Shown here: piece after piece, positions 1-7,905 of the stretch
Position numbering within the stretch: the stretch's first letter is position 1
Layout: every line of letters starts with the position of its first letter
IMG/VR virus record: IMGVR_UViG_3300010398_000039
Location: 1 to 26,157 of that record
Length of the DNA stretch: 26,157 bases
Reading direction: 5' to 3' (one strand)
Source of the DNA: a virus
Taxonomy: Duplodnaviria > Caudoviricetes
Notes under the pieces: model-generated
Told to the model about the DNA's origin: nothing
The model's database searches: none
What the model saw: the letters and a program-made list of their open reading frames with translations, nothing else
Made by a program: the position numbers and the translations under genes

Positions 1-2
1 CC

Positions 3-1904
3 CGCCATGACTTGCGGCGGCACCGGCCCGGCGTTGACCTGATTCGACTGGATCGTGCCCAGCTTTTGAAAGATCAGCTCCTTCAGCTTCGACTGCACCT
101 CGGGGCTGTTCTTGATCTGCTGGAGCAGCGCCGAGCGCTCCACCTCGTCCGGGTTCGAGCCCATCTCGCGGCAGGCGTCTTCCCAGGTCATCAGGTGCAG
201 CGCCAGCTTCTCCTGAATGGCGCGCGTGGCCACCACGTCGTCGCTCGGCGTCTGGATGTCGAGATGCGCCTCGTAGCGGTGCACCCCCTTGAGGTCTTCC
301 GGCCCCAGACCCAGCCAGCCGGCCTTGGTCATGCCGCCGTAGCGGCGTGACGAGGCAGCATTCCGCGGCAGCTCCTCGGCCCAGGCATAAACGTCCTCGC
401 CGACGCGGTGCTCAATCAGCCAGGACTCGAAACCGGTGCGCGCGCCGAGCGCGGTCTGGGCGTTCTTGACGATCGGGTCCCACGCCAGGCGCGCCAGATA
501 CGCTGCTTGATTCATAGCGTATCCTGATTGACTCGAAGCTGTTAGGCCCTGAACCACCGACGGCAAGGCAAGGTTGACCAGATTGGTCGCGTTCTCGAGC
601 AGATCCTTCAAGTCCTGGCCGGCTCGCGGCTGCTCGACGGGGGCGATGTCATACGGGTAGACGGTGCCCGGCTCGATCTCGTCGCCACCGAAGCGCTCGC
701 CCCCGCCCACCCCGTAGGGCGAGCCCTCGCTCGGCGGCAAGCCCGGGATGGTGCCCGGCTGCTGGGTGCGCTTGAAGGCGGCGAAGCCGGTCATGTAGGC
801 GCTGTTACCCTGGATCGTGAGTAAAGAATCCAGCAACGGGAAGAGCTCGAGGAACGGGTACAGCACACCCTGGCCGGCGCGGTGGGGCAGGCGCGAGTCG
901 GTGGTGATGCCGAGCGCGTGGAAGTAAGGGCCCTTGAGCGAGCGCGTGTTCGGGTCGCCGAAACCGTGCTTCCACGAGCGCACCAGGGTGCCGTTGCCGA
1001 TCCGACCTGAGCCGCTCGACGACTGACCGGGGCCGACCAGGACCACGTTGCAGACCTCGTAGTCCCAGGCCTCGACGACGGTCAGGAAGGGCGAGCCCTT
1101 CATCATGCGGCCGTAGTCGCTCTTGGCCAGCTGCATGGCGCGCGGGTCCAGGTCCTGCCAATCCTGCGGGTCAGCCACCACCCCGCTGCGATCGAGGCCG
1201 GTGCCGAACCTGGCCAGCGCCTCGAGGTAGGGAACCTGCTTGACCTCGACGCAGGCCGTGAAGCCGTTCTCGTTCATCGAGTAGTAGAAGGTCTCGGGCG
1301 GGATGTCGGACGACGCGATCGGGTAGGGCAGCTTGAGCTTCAGCTCTTCCGTCTCGCGGTCGTAGATGCGGTCGGCCGCGTCCTGGTCGTACTCGCGCTG
1401 CAACTTGAGCTCGTCCTGCAGCATCGCCGCCTGGGTGTCGTATTCGGCCCAGGCCGTCGAGCAACGCGGAATCGTCTTGATGATCGCCTCGCCTTTCGTG
1501 GCCAGCGCGTACATGAAGAGACGGAGCAATTGCCGGTTGGCCTCGTGCTCCTGGCGCTTCCAGCTCGCCTCGAAGAAGTGCTCGCGCAGCGTGGCGTTCG
1601 CCTGGGCAACGTCGCCGAACTGGATCGGGCGGAACTGGATCGTCAGCGGATTGGTCGTCAGCGCCGCGGCGACGGTGTTGGCGATGTGCGGCGCCATCGG
1701 GCTATGAATTTCAAGAGCCGTCTTCCTATATGCTTCTGGAATATCTACGATTGTTTCCTGGTAGAGAACCGTGTCGATGAAGGCATATAATTGATCACGT
1801 TTCTTGAATTCCGACCTGAGTGAGTTGGCCAGGTCGATCGTCTCCCCGACGGCATCGGCGTCGTTGCCCGTTTCACCGGCGTGCATGTAGTTCAGGGTCG
1901 CCAT
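3..1904 (-). CDS. Probable portal protein (3' end runs off the window)
   Basis: Manual translation from ATG at 1904 (MATLNYMHAGETGNDADAVGETIDLANSLRSEFKKRDQLY...), overlapping the terL stop. The frame appears open to the window edge (>630 aa). The call rests on size and position directly after terL. Confidence 0.75.
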   Translation of the reverse strand, partial: MATLNYMHAGETGNDADAVGETIDLANSLRSEFKKRDQLYAFIDTVLYQETIVDIPEAYRKTALEIHSPMAPHIANTVAAALTTNPLTIQFRPIQFGDVAQANATLREHFFEASWKRQEHEANRQLLRLFMYALATKGEAIIKTIPRCSTAWAEYDTQAAMLQDELKLQREYDQDAADRIYDRETEELKLKLPYPIASSDIPPETFYYSMNENGFTACVEVKQVPYLEALARFGTGLDRSGVVADPQDWQDLDPRAMQLAKSDYGRMMKGSPFLTVVEAWDYEVCNVVLVGPGQSSSGSGRIGNGTLVRSWKHGFGDPNTRSLKGPYFHALGITTDSRLPHRAGQGVLYPFLELFPLLDSLLTIQGNSAYMTGFAAFKRTQQPGTIPGLPPSEGSPYGVGGGERFGGDEIEPGTVYPYDIAPVEQPRAGQDLKDLLENATNLVNLALPSVVQGLTASSQSGYAMNQAAYLARLAWDPIVKNAQTALGARTGFESWLIEHRVGEDVYAWAEELPRNAASSRRYGGMTKAGWLGLGPEDLKGVHRYEAHLDIQTPSDDVVATRAIQEKLALHLMTWEDACREMGSNPDEVERSALLQQIKNSPEVQSKLKELIFQKLGTIQSNQVNAGPVPPQVMA

Positions 1905-3232
1905 CGCATCCGTCCGCTGGAGGATCTACCCGACCTGAGCCCGTGGCCGATGGTCAGGCGGGTGGGCCGGGGCGCGGCGTGGGTGAAGGCGTACCAGGCC
2001 ATGGCCAGCGCCATGACCGTGTCGTCGTGGCCACCCTCGGGCGCCTCGTACCTGACCAGGCCAGACGGCAGCGCCTCGGACTGGTAGGCGAGCAGCTCGC
2101 CCTTCTGGGTGGCGTCGTCGAGCAGGGCGAGCTTCGAACGCTCCAGGGCCAACGAGAGCTCCTCGATCGCGGCCCGCTTCGAGGCGTTGGTGGTCGTGAA
2201 GGGATAGACCGGCAGACCGCGCCTGGCCAGATCCTGCACCAGGGGCATGCCGATGGAGTTGCTCTCGGGGATGATCGCGACCGGTCGGTAGCGCTCGACG
2301 AGGCCGTACAACCGCTCGAGCTGGAAGGCGTAGTCGATCCTGTTGAAACGGTCGAGCGCTACCTGCTCGAAGCTGCGCCCGTCCGAGCCGATGACGCTGA
2401 GCACGGTGAAGTCGGTGCTCAAGGCCCAGTCCACGCCAACGACGTAGTGCCAGCCGTCCTGATGGCGGGGCGCCGGTTCAGGCTTCAGTCGGCAGGCCTG
2501 CTCGAGCTTGCGGAAGACGCCCCCGCCGCCCTCGACGAACTGCGCCAGGATCTCCTGGTTGAAGGTGCGCTGGGTCATGGTCGCCCAGGCGCTCTCGATC
2601 TCGCCAAACTGGATGGTCGGGTTCTCGAGCGGGTGCGGAGATCGAACGAGGCCCCTGTCCGTGACGGCGCAGCCGAGCGTGGGCGCCTGCCAGGCGTTAC
2701 TCGAGTCCGCGCCGTTACCCGCGGCCAGCCACTCGCGCCAGAACCAGTTGAGACCCCTGGGTGAGCCGACGCACCAGGCCCAGCCGCCGGTGTCGATCAG
2801 CATCGGCCGCAGCACCTCGGGCCAGGCGTCGGGATGCACATCCCCGCTCTCGTCGATGACGATGCCGTCGGCGGTGTGGCCGCGGGCCGAGTCCGGGTTG
2901 TCGAGCGAGCGGAAGGTGATCAGCCCGCCGCTCGGGAACGTCGCCGTCATGAAGGTCTGGTTGAACTCGGCGATGGTGGCCGCGCCGTGCCTCAGCTCGG
3001 ACCAGCCGACCCGCACCTGATCGAACGTGGGAGCTCCCCACAGGATCCGCGAGCCCCTGACCGCGGCCTCGGCGGCAATGGCCATGACGAGCGTGGTTTT
3101 CCGCCAGCGTCGTCCAGCGGCCAGCCAGTTGAACCGCCGGGCCTCGGCGCGCACCGTGATCTGCCCCCGATGGGGCATGGGCAGTAAGAGCTGGCCGGTC
3201 TTAGCTGCCGACCTGAGCTTCGTCGTCGGCAC
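1892..3232 (-). CDS. terL: Terminase large subunit
   Basis: Walker A-like GRRWRKTT, Walker B IVIDE, motif III GSP, RNase H-like nuclease motifs VGVDWA..D and HDDTVMALAMA. Confidence 0.95.
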   Translation of the reverse strand: MPTTKLRSAAKTGQLLLPMPHRGQITVRAEARRFNWLAAGRRWRKTTLVMAIAAEAAVRGSRILWGAPTFDQVRVGWSELRHGAATIAEFNQTFMTATFPSGGLITFRSLDNPDSARGHTADGIVIDESGDVHPDAWPEVLRPMLIDTGGWAWCVGSPRGLNWFWREWLAAGNGADSSNAWQAPTLGCAVTDRGLVRSPHPLENPTIQFGEIESAWATMTQRTFNQEILAQFVEGGGGVFRKLEQACRLKPEPAPRHQDGWHYVVGVDWALSTDFTVLSVIGSDGRSFEQVALDRFNRIDYAFQLERLYGLVERYRPVAIIPESNSIGMPLVQDLARRGLPVYPFTTTNASKRAAIEELSLALERSKLALLDDATQKGELLAYQSEALPSGLVRYEAPEGGHDDTVMALAMAWYAFTHAAPRPTRLTIGHGLRSGRSSSGRMRWRP

Positions 3233-3632
3233 CGGTCCCGAGGTGCGTGGAGGGATCGCGAGGTGCGGGCTCTGTGTCGACGACGGCCGGGCGCCAGTCG
3301 TTGGTGTAGGTCACGCTCAGGTTCTCACCAGCGTTCAGGGTGACGGCGTCCCGCCACCTGGCCGGGTCCCGAGCTCGCAGAAGGGCGATCAGCAAGCGAT
3401 CAGACGGGATCTTGCCGCCGCAGGCCCGCTTCAGGGCGACCATCTCGAGGTAGTCGACGGCGTCCTTCTCGGCCTCGTGGTATCTGACCGTGAACTCGAC
3501 GTCGTGCTCGAGCCACGAGCTGAGCGTCGCGCGCGTCACCCCGGCGTGCTCCAGGGCCGGCCTGATCACGCCGCACTCGCGGAACACCTCGAGGAACGCC
3601 TCTTTGGCGATGCGTCGTTCGACCAGGTGCAT
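3201..3632 (-). CDS. terS: Terminase small subunit
   Basis: 143 aa directly upstream of terL; N-terminal HTH-like FLEVFRECGVIRPALEHAGVTRATLSSW and SDRLLIALLRARDP segment typical of small terminases. Confidence 0.8.
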   Translation of the reverse strand: MHLVERRIAKEAFLEVFRECGVIRPALEHAGVTRATLSSWLEHDVEFTVRYHEAEKDAVDYLEMVALKRACGGKIPSDRLLIALLRARDPARWRDAVTLNAGENLSVTYTNDWRPAVVDTEPAPRDPSTHLGTGADDEAQVGS

Positions 3633-4169
3633 CCGCGGCCTACCTCAATCTCATTTCTTCGTTTTTTCCGTATTTAGCGCCAACAGAGTCTTATGTCCCA
3701 TTACTGAGTTTTCTTGCGCGCGCCGCAATGGGCCAAACGCGTGATTCGGCGGCGTCGGGCGCGGCGCCCAACGGTGGGCAGGGTGCGTCATCACCGGCCA
3801 GCGCTCGAGTCGCGCGCGCGATCCTTGGGGCGCGCGTCGCGCGACCACACGAGCTCGGCCGAGCACATCCGTACTGCGCCGCATCGAGAATAGCTTTCGA
3901 TAATGGCAGTTGTCGCAAGCTGGCCGCGCGATCGGCTCAGCCGGCAATAGGCCCGCACGGCGGCAGTCTCGCAGTGTGCTCGGGTTATGTCAACCTGGCG
4001 CAGTAGGTGCCCGGCCGAACTGAGCCGGATTCGGTCCCGAACAGCGGCAAAGTGACAAGCCAGGGGGGAGAGTCCGGGGATGGACCAGGTAATGGTTTCA
4101 GTTATGTCAAGTGAGAATACCGACCATTGACACCAACCTCGCGCGCGGACCTTCCCCTCTCAAACACAT

Positions 4170-4183
4170 AGAACATGTGTACT
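4170..4183. promoter_or_regulatory. Degenerate LexA(SOS)-box-like site AGAAC-ATGT-GTACT
   Basis: One mismatch to AGAAC-N4-GTTCT; related copies at 9995 and 10041. Confidence 0.35.
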
Positions 4184-4196
4184 AATTTGAGATTGA

Positions 4197-4255
4197 CCAT
4201 TAGCACCATTAGCACCATTAGCACCACCATTGGCACCACCATTGGCACCATGGCA
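4197..4255 (+). repeat. Tandem iteron-like repeats CCATT(A/G)GCA
   Basis: CCATTAGCA x3 (4197-4223), CCATTGGCA at 4227 and 4239, CCATGGCA at 4248; followed by inverted repeat TTGCTAA-N6-TTAGCAA (4260-4279). Confidence 0.9.
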
Positions 4256-4308
4256 GATATTGCTAAAGAACGTTAGCAAAACCTCAACCTCCCGTTAGCA
4301 CACTATGC

Positions 4309-4327
4309 TTGATTCATCCTGTAAGCT
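4309..4327 (+). promoter_or_regulatory. Putative early promoter motif TTGA-N3-ATCCTG-TAAGCT
   Basis: Same motif at 6769-6787; ends in a -10-like TAN3T hexamer. Confidence 0.4.
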
Positions 4328-4394
4328 GTGGCCACACAAGCGAAACGAGAGGAGAACCGAACCAGAACGACTCAGTTCGAACCCACCAGACAGA

Positions 4395-4679
4395 ACGGCG
4401 CGAGCCACCGGTGAGAGCCCGGGAACAGAGCCCAACACTTGCGACAGCGCGGTGAGGCTCCGAGCAAGCAGGCAGCGAATAAGGGGATCGCCTTAGCAGG
4501 ATGGCCTACCGGCTCTACGCTGCGCGTCCCACCGGCCCACCATGGTCTAAGTGTTTCGGTATCTCACCCGGCTGCACAAGCGGGGAGTCCGGCGCCATGG
4601 CGGGTGATAGTGAGTGGGCTCCGTCGATACTTAGCAGCGCGCTACCCGGCAAGCCTGCACAAGCGCCCCGGCTCCGAAT
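4395..4679 (+). ncRNA. Candidate structured non-coding RNA / leader
   Basis: No credible ORF. Several nested complementary segments, e.g. 4547-4555/4626-4634, 4564-4570/4601-4607, 4518-4522/4635-4639, 4534-4540/4614-4620, and hairpin CCGG-TGAGAGC-CCGG near 4408-4422. Confidence 0.45.
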
Positions 4680-4777
4680 GGGGTGATATGGCGCTCTCGT
4701 GAGCCCGGCGATGTACCTACGGGGTGCACGCTACACGCAGTGAGAGCGGGTCAGTTCGATTCTGGCTCACCCCACCA
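4680..4777 (+). ncRNA. tRNA-like element (acceptor stem, T-arm, encoded CCA; no canonical D-arm)
   Basis: GGGGTGA (4680-4686) pairs with TCACCCC (4767-4773), followed by A-CCA; T-arm GTCAG-TTCGATT-CTGGC; long helix CGCTCTCG/TGAGAGCG in the anticodon-arm position. Confidence 0.7.
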
Positions 4778-4816
4778 TGCGGGATTGGTCCGTCTCGCAG
4801 CAGTTCAGTTCGGACC
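4778..4816 (+). ncRNA. H-type pseudoknot between the CCA end and the first RBS
   Basis: S1 TGCGGGA (4778-4784)/TCTCGCA (4793-4799); S2 GGTCCG (4787-4792)/CGGACC (4811-4816); loops of 2, 0 and 11 nt. Confidence 0.55.
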
Positions 4817-4831
4817 TACGGAGCTACCAAC

Positions 4832-5674
4832 GTGAATACTGCACTACGTGCCGCGATCGCCGGCCTTGACAGGCCTCTGGGTTTCCGCGAGCTACTGACG
4901 CCCGACGGATACAATCCCAAGCTGAAAAAAGGCCGCGCACGCGGTTACGCGAGCGCCATTCTGCACTTCGCACCGGCTGACCTGTCAGGCTATGACGTCT
5001 GCCAGTACCGTTCGGCCGGTTGCACCGCAGCCTGCCTGAATACGGCCGGCCATGGTGGAATCATCCGCAAGGGTCAAACCACCAACCCCGTGCAATTGGC
5101 GCGTATCGCCCGGACGGTGCTGTTCTTCGAACACCGCGCGATCTTCAATGATCTCCTGGTGGACGCGATCGAGCAGCATGTCCGGCGATCGATCAAGCGT
5201 GGGCTCACGCCGGTTGTGCGTCTCAATGGGACGTCCGACTTGCCATGGCACATGCTCAAGCTCAACGATGGACGCACGGTCATGGACACGTTTCCGACCG
5301 TGACGTTCTACGACTACACCAAGCATCCGCAGCGCGCTGCGCTCCGGACCTTGCCGGCCAATTACTCGCTGACGTTCAGCCGGAGCGAGACGAACGACGA
5401 CGACGTGCGCCGGATCCTGGCGCGCGGCGGGAACGTCGCGGTTGTCTTCGCGACCGGTCGCACCCGGCCATTGCCGCTCGTGTGGCACGGTTACCGCGTC
5501 ATCGACGCGGACAGGGATGATCTCCGGTTCCTGGATCCCAGGAACGTGGTGGTCGGACTCCGGGCCAAGGGTAAGGCCCGGGGTGAAGCTTCCGGGTTCG
5601 TCGAGGATCCGGACGCGGACACTGCCTGCTGGCCAATTGATCCCGAGCGGGATTGCATGGCGCACGCGGCCTGA
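4832..5674 (+). CDS. GP88-like phage protein (Cys-cluster, radical-SAM-like)
   Basis: C-x6-C-x3-C (CQYRSAGCTAAC), RLNGTSD, FYDYTK, YSLTFS and DDLRFLD motifs recognised from the phage gp88-like family; GTG start after GGAGCTACC. Confidence 0.75.
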   Translation: MNTALRAAIAGLDRPLGFRELLTPDGYNPKLKKGRARGYASAILHFAPADLSGYDVCQYRSAGCTAACLNTAGHGGIIRKGQTTNPVQLARIARTVLFFEHRAIFNDLLVDAIEQHVRRSIKRGLTPVVRLNGTSDLPWHMLKLNDGRTVMDTFPTVTFYDYTKHPQRAALRTLPANYSLTFSRSETNDDDVRRILARGGNVAVVFATGRTRPLPLVWHGYRVIDADRDDLRFLDPRNVVVGLRAKGKARGEASGFVEDPDADTACWPIDPERDCMAHAA

Positions 5675-5675
5675 T

Positions 5676-5734
5676 CGCAGAGTGGACCCGGCTCCGGCTG
5701 GGTCTAATGCGGCAGTCCCGGTCACAAGCCCGGG
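5676..5734 (+). ncRNA. Twister ribozyme, permuted (P5-type order), copy 1
   Basis: GCAGAGTG - P1 hairpin GACCCGGC-TCCG-GCTGGGTC - TAATGCGGC - CCCGG-TCACAAGC-CCGGG; predicted cut between 5705 and 5706. Confidence 0.88.
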
Positions 5735-5761
5735 CAATCTTCGTCGCAGAGGAGCTACCCC

Positions 5762-6772
5762 ATGACTATCGCTACGCAAGCCGGGTCCGTGTTCGCGGAT
5801 CCGAAGCGCTGGGAGTCTGCTATCACGCAGACACTGGTGCTGCGCGAGTCGCTCGGCCGCAAATTCGACGCGGTTGACGTCGCCGAACACCCGTGGATGC
5901 GCCTGGTCGCGTATCGCTATAGCGCCACCTATCGTGGCGACTTCGAGTACATGCTCAGTCAGCGAGATGCGCTCACGCGCTATCCCACGCAGACTGATCG
6001 CCAGGTCGCCGGCGTGCTGAATTGCGCCGTCCCCGATTGGCGCCGCTCAGCCCGGCCGGTGGCTGGTAGTAATCACCTGTTGCCCAACGTGACGGACGTC
6101 CCGTCATCGCGCTACCGGGTCGTTCAGCCGGATGGCAAGAGCCTGAGCGTGCGCCTCGACAGCGCCGCGTGGGCGAAGGATCGCCCGGAAGGCACGCGTG
6201 CCCTCTACTACCTCGGCCAGGGCGCCGAGTGGCAGTTCGCCGGCTTCATCGATCCGACCGGTGACATTCGCGTGATCGCGCGCGAACGGCACATGGTCAA
6301 GAGTCTCCACGCCGCGCTCACCGTGCTAACCGAGAGCGTGCCGGAGGGTCGCTGGTTGGTCCACGCGCTCGCGTTCAGCCTGGAAGGCAGCGTGTGCTGC
6401 TTCTGCGGGCGCGAGCTCGATACGGCCGAGTCCATCAGCGTGGGCTATGGCCCGGTCTGTGCTGACAAGCACGGCCTGCCGTGGGGTGAGGTCGCGGAAC
6501 CGGCGAGCGTCGTGCTCGCCCGGGACGCGATCGCGCACGGTGGCATCGACGCCGAGCCAGAGCCGGAGGAGACTCCGGCCCGCGTGCCTCAGGCCGGTGA
6601 CGGCTTGCGCGCGCACGATGTCGGCGTGTTCGAGAGCGGCGCCGCCATCATCGCGAAGACCGGTGGCGTGTCCTCGAGATTCGCGGACGTCGTGCGCGAG
6701 GTAACCGGTCGCGAGCCGGCGCCCCGCTGGCGCCCCGGCCGCACCTACGAGGAGATTTTCGGAGACGATTGA
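5762..6772 (+). CDS. DUF6011-like zinc-binding domain protein
   Basis: CCFCGRELDTAESISVGYGPVCA motif; RBS GGAGCTACC. Confidence 0.75.
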   Translation: MTIATQAGSVFADPKRWESAITQTLVLRESLGRKFDAVDVAEHPWMRLVAYRYSATYRGDFEYMLSQRDALTRYPTQTDRQVAGVLNCAVPDWRRSARPVAGSNHLLPNVTDVPSSRYRVVQPDGKSLSVRLDSAAWAKDRPEGTRALYYLGQGAEWQFAGFIDPTGDIRVIARERHMVKSLHAALTVLTESVPEGRWLVHALAFSLEGSVCCFCGRELDTAESISVGYGPVCADKHGLPWGEVAEPASVVLARDAIAHGGIDAEPEPEETPARVPQAGDGLRAHDVGVFESGAAIIAKTGGVSSRFADVVREVTGREPAPRWRPGRTYEEIFGDD

Positions 6773-6787
6773 CGGATCCTGTATAGT
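6769..6787 (+). promoter_or_regulatory. Putative promoter motif TTGA-N3-ATCCTG-TATAGT
   Basis: Matches the 4309-4327 motif; intergenic, upstream of an RBS. Confidence 0.45.
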
Positions 6788-6807
6788 CCATCACGCAAGG
6801 AGCTACC

Positions 6808-7029
6808 ATGCCACGCATCTATGCGCGCAACAACGACCCGCTCGACTTCTGCCGAGCACACATGCCGACCCGCGACGTCGCCGAGGTTCTCTACGGCGGC
6901 GCGATCGTCGGTGACGGCCCGGACGGCCGTGGCGACTACTACGACTACGACGCAGAGCACCCCAATTACGATTGGGACACTGTCTATTGCGAGCGCTGCG
7001 ACGTCCTGTTGGGCGAGCGCGACAACTAG
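6808..7029 (+). CDS. Hypothetical protein (73 aa)
   Basis: ORF with AAGGAGCTACC RBS; CxxC near C-terminus. Confidence 0.75.
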   Translation: MPRIYARNNDPLDFCRAHMPTRDVAEVLYGGAIVGDGPDGRGDYYDYDAEHPNYDWDTVYCERCDVLLGERDN

Positions 7030-7093
7030 CGCAGAGCACCCCTCCGGCTCAGCCCGGAGGGCGTAATGCGGCAGGCCGGTTGCAAGCCCGGCC
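7030..7093 (+). ncRNA. Twister ribozyme, permuted, copy 2
   Basis: GCAGAGCA - P1 hairpin CCCTCCGG/CCGGAGGG - TAATGCGGC - GGCCGG-TTGCAAGC-CCGGCC; predicted cut between 7064 and 7065. Confidence 0.88.
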
Positions 7094-7120
7094 AATTCTT
7101 CAGCCGCAGAGGAGCTACCA

Positions 7121-7318
7121 ATGGCAGCAACACTTCTGGATGGCAAGTTCGTCTACGAGACGCGCGTCACGCCATCCAACGACAAGCCGTCGAGCCGGGT
7201 GGTGATCACTCTGGATCTCAATCACCCGGAGCTTCGTTTGCTGATCGACCGCGCGCGCCGTTCGAAGGGGCAGCGTGCCGTCGAGGCGGGCGGTGCGCTC
7301 GTGGTGCGGGTCTCGTGA
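7121..7318 (+). CDS. Hypothetical protein (65 aa)
   Basis: ATG after AGGAGCTACC; high GC3 codon usage. Confidence 0.75.
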   Translation: MAATLLDGKFVYETRVTPSNDKPSSRVVITLDLNHPELRLLIDRARRSKGQRAVEAGGALVVRVS

Positions 7319-7518
7319 TCCGCACCGACCTGGCCACGATCCGCAATCTCGGCCTAATGGCGTTCAACCTGTCCTACGCAGACTTCCGCTGGCATCTTGG
7401 CCTGGACGACGACGACTACGCGCGCGGCAAGTACGAGGCACTCAAAAACCTCGGCCGCGCCATGGCGCCGTTCAGCGACGCCACGCTGTACCGCCTGGTT
7501 GAGGCGTACCGATCATGA
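7315..7518 (+). CDS. Hypothetical protein
   Basis: GTGA start/stop overlap with the previous gene; 3' part of track ORF 7066..7518. Confidence 0.6.
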   Translation: MIRTDLATIRNLGLMAFNLSYADFRWHLGLDDDDYARGKYEALKNLGRAMAPFSDATLYRLVEAYRS

Positions 7519-7895
7519 AAACCGCCGAGCTTCGCTTCGTCTGGTTCGACGATCGCGACCTGAACACCGTCATGCGCGCCTGGGGGCGCGAGCATGGTTA
7601 CGCCGGCGCCAAGGGCGGCTGGATCTACCACGCGAGTGGCCAATCCGTCTGCCAGGGCTGGTGGAGCCTCTGGAATCAGAGCCGCCAGTCAGTCCTCGAC
7701 TGGCTCACGCGCCGTAACACCGGCTTCGACACGTTCGACGAGCTCGTCGACACGCACACCGACTACCGGCCGACGATCCAGCCGCGCAACGCGGAGACGC
7801 GCAGCCTGGCGGCAGCGTACGACCAGATTCAGAAGCAGCGTGGCGACGCGCGCCGCGCCTACACCTACTACCAGCCCGGCCGCGTCCAGGCGTAA
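7515..7895 (+). CDS. Hypothetical protein (126 aa)
   Basis: ATGA overlap, GAGG RBS, typical codon usage. Confidence 0.75.
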   Translation: MKTAELRFVWFDDRDLNTVMRAWGREHGYAGAKGGWIYHASGQSVCQGWWSLWNQSRQSVLDWLTRRNTGFDTFDELVDTHTDYRPTIQPRNAETRSLAAAYDQIQKQRGDARRAYTYYQPGRVQA

Positions 7896-7905
7896 GGAGC
7901 TACCC

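Noticed and set aside
4197-4255. CRISPR array
   Set aside because: Units are 9-12 bp with no unique spacers, and no cas genes are present
4396-4470. Fourth twister or twister-sister ribozyme around CCGGTGAGAGCCCGG
   Set aside because: The loop is one base short and the TAATGC/GCAGAG core strands are missing; kept only as part of the ncRNA candidate
4680-4777. Canonical tRNA or tmRNA gene
   Set aside because: No proper D-arm or 7-nt anticodon loop could be assigned; no G3-U70 pair, and far too short for a tmRNA tag region
4778-4830. HDV-like (theta) ribozyme after the tRNA-like element
   Set aside because: Could not build the nested double pseudoknot (P3/L3, P1.1); only a simple H-type pseudoknot is supported
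4724-4831. N-terminal extension of the gp88-like ORF from 4724
   Set aside because: It runs through the tRNA-like element and pseudoknot; the RBS supports GTG at 4832
7066-7314. ORF starts at 7066, 8241 and 5653 from the track
   Set aside because: They begin inside or run through the ribozyme elements and lack an RBS; downstream starts have clear RBS or stop-start overlaps
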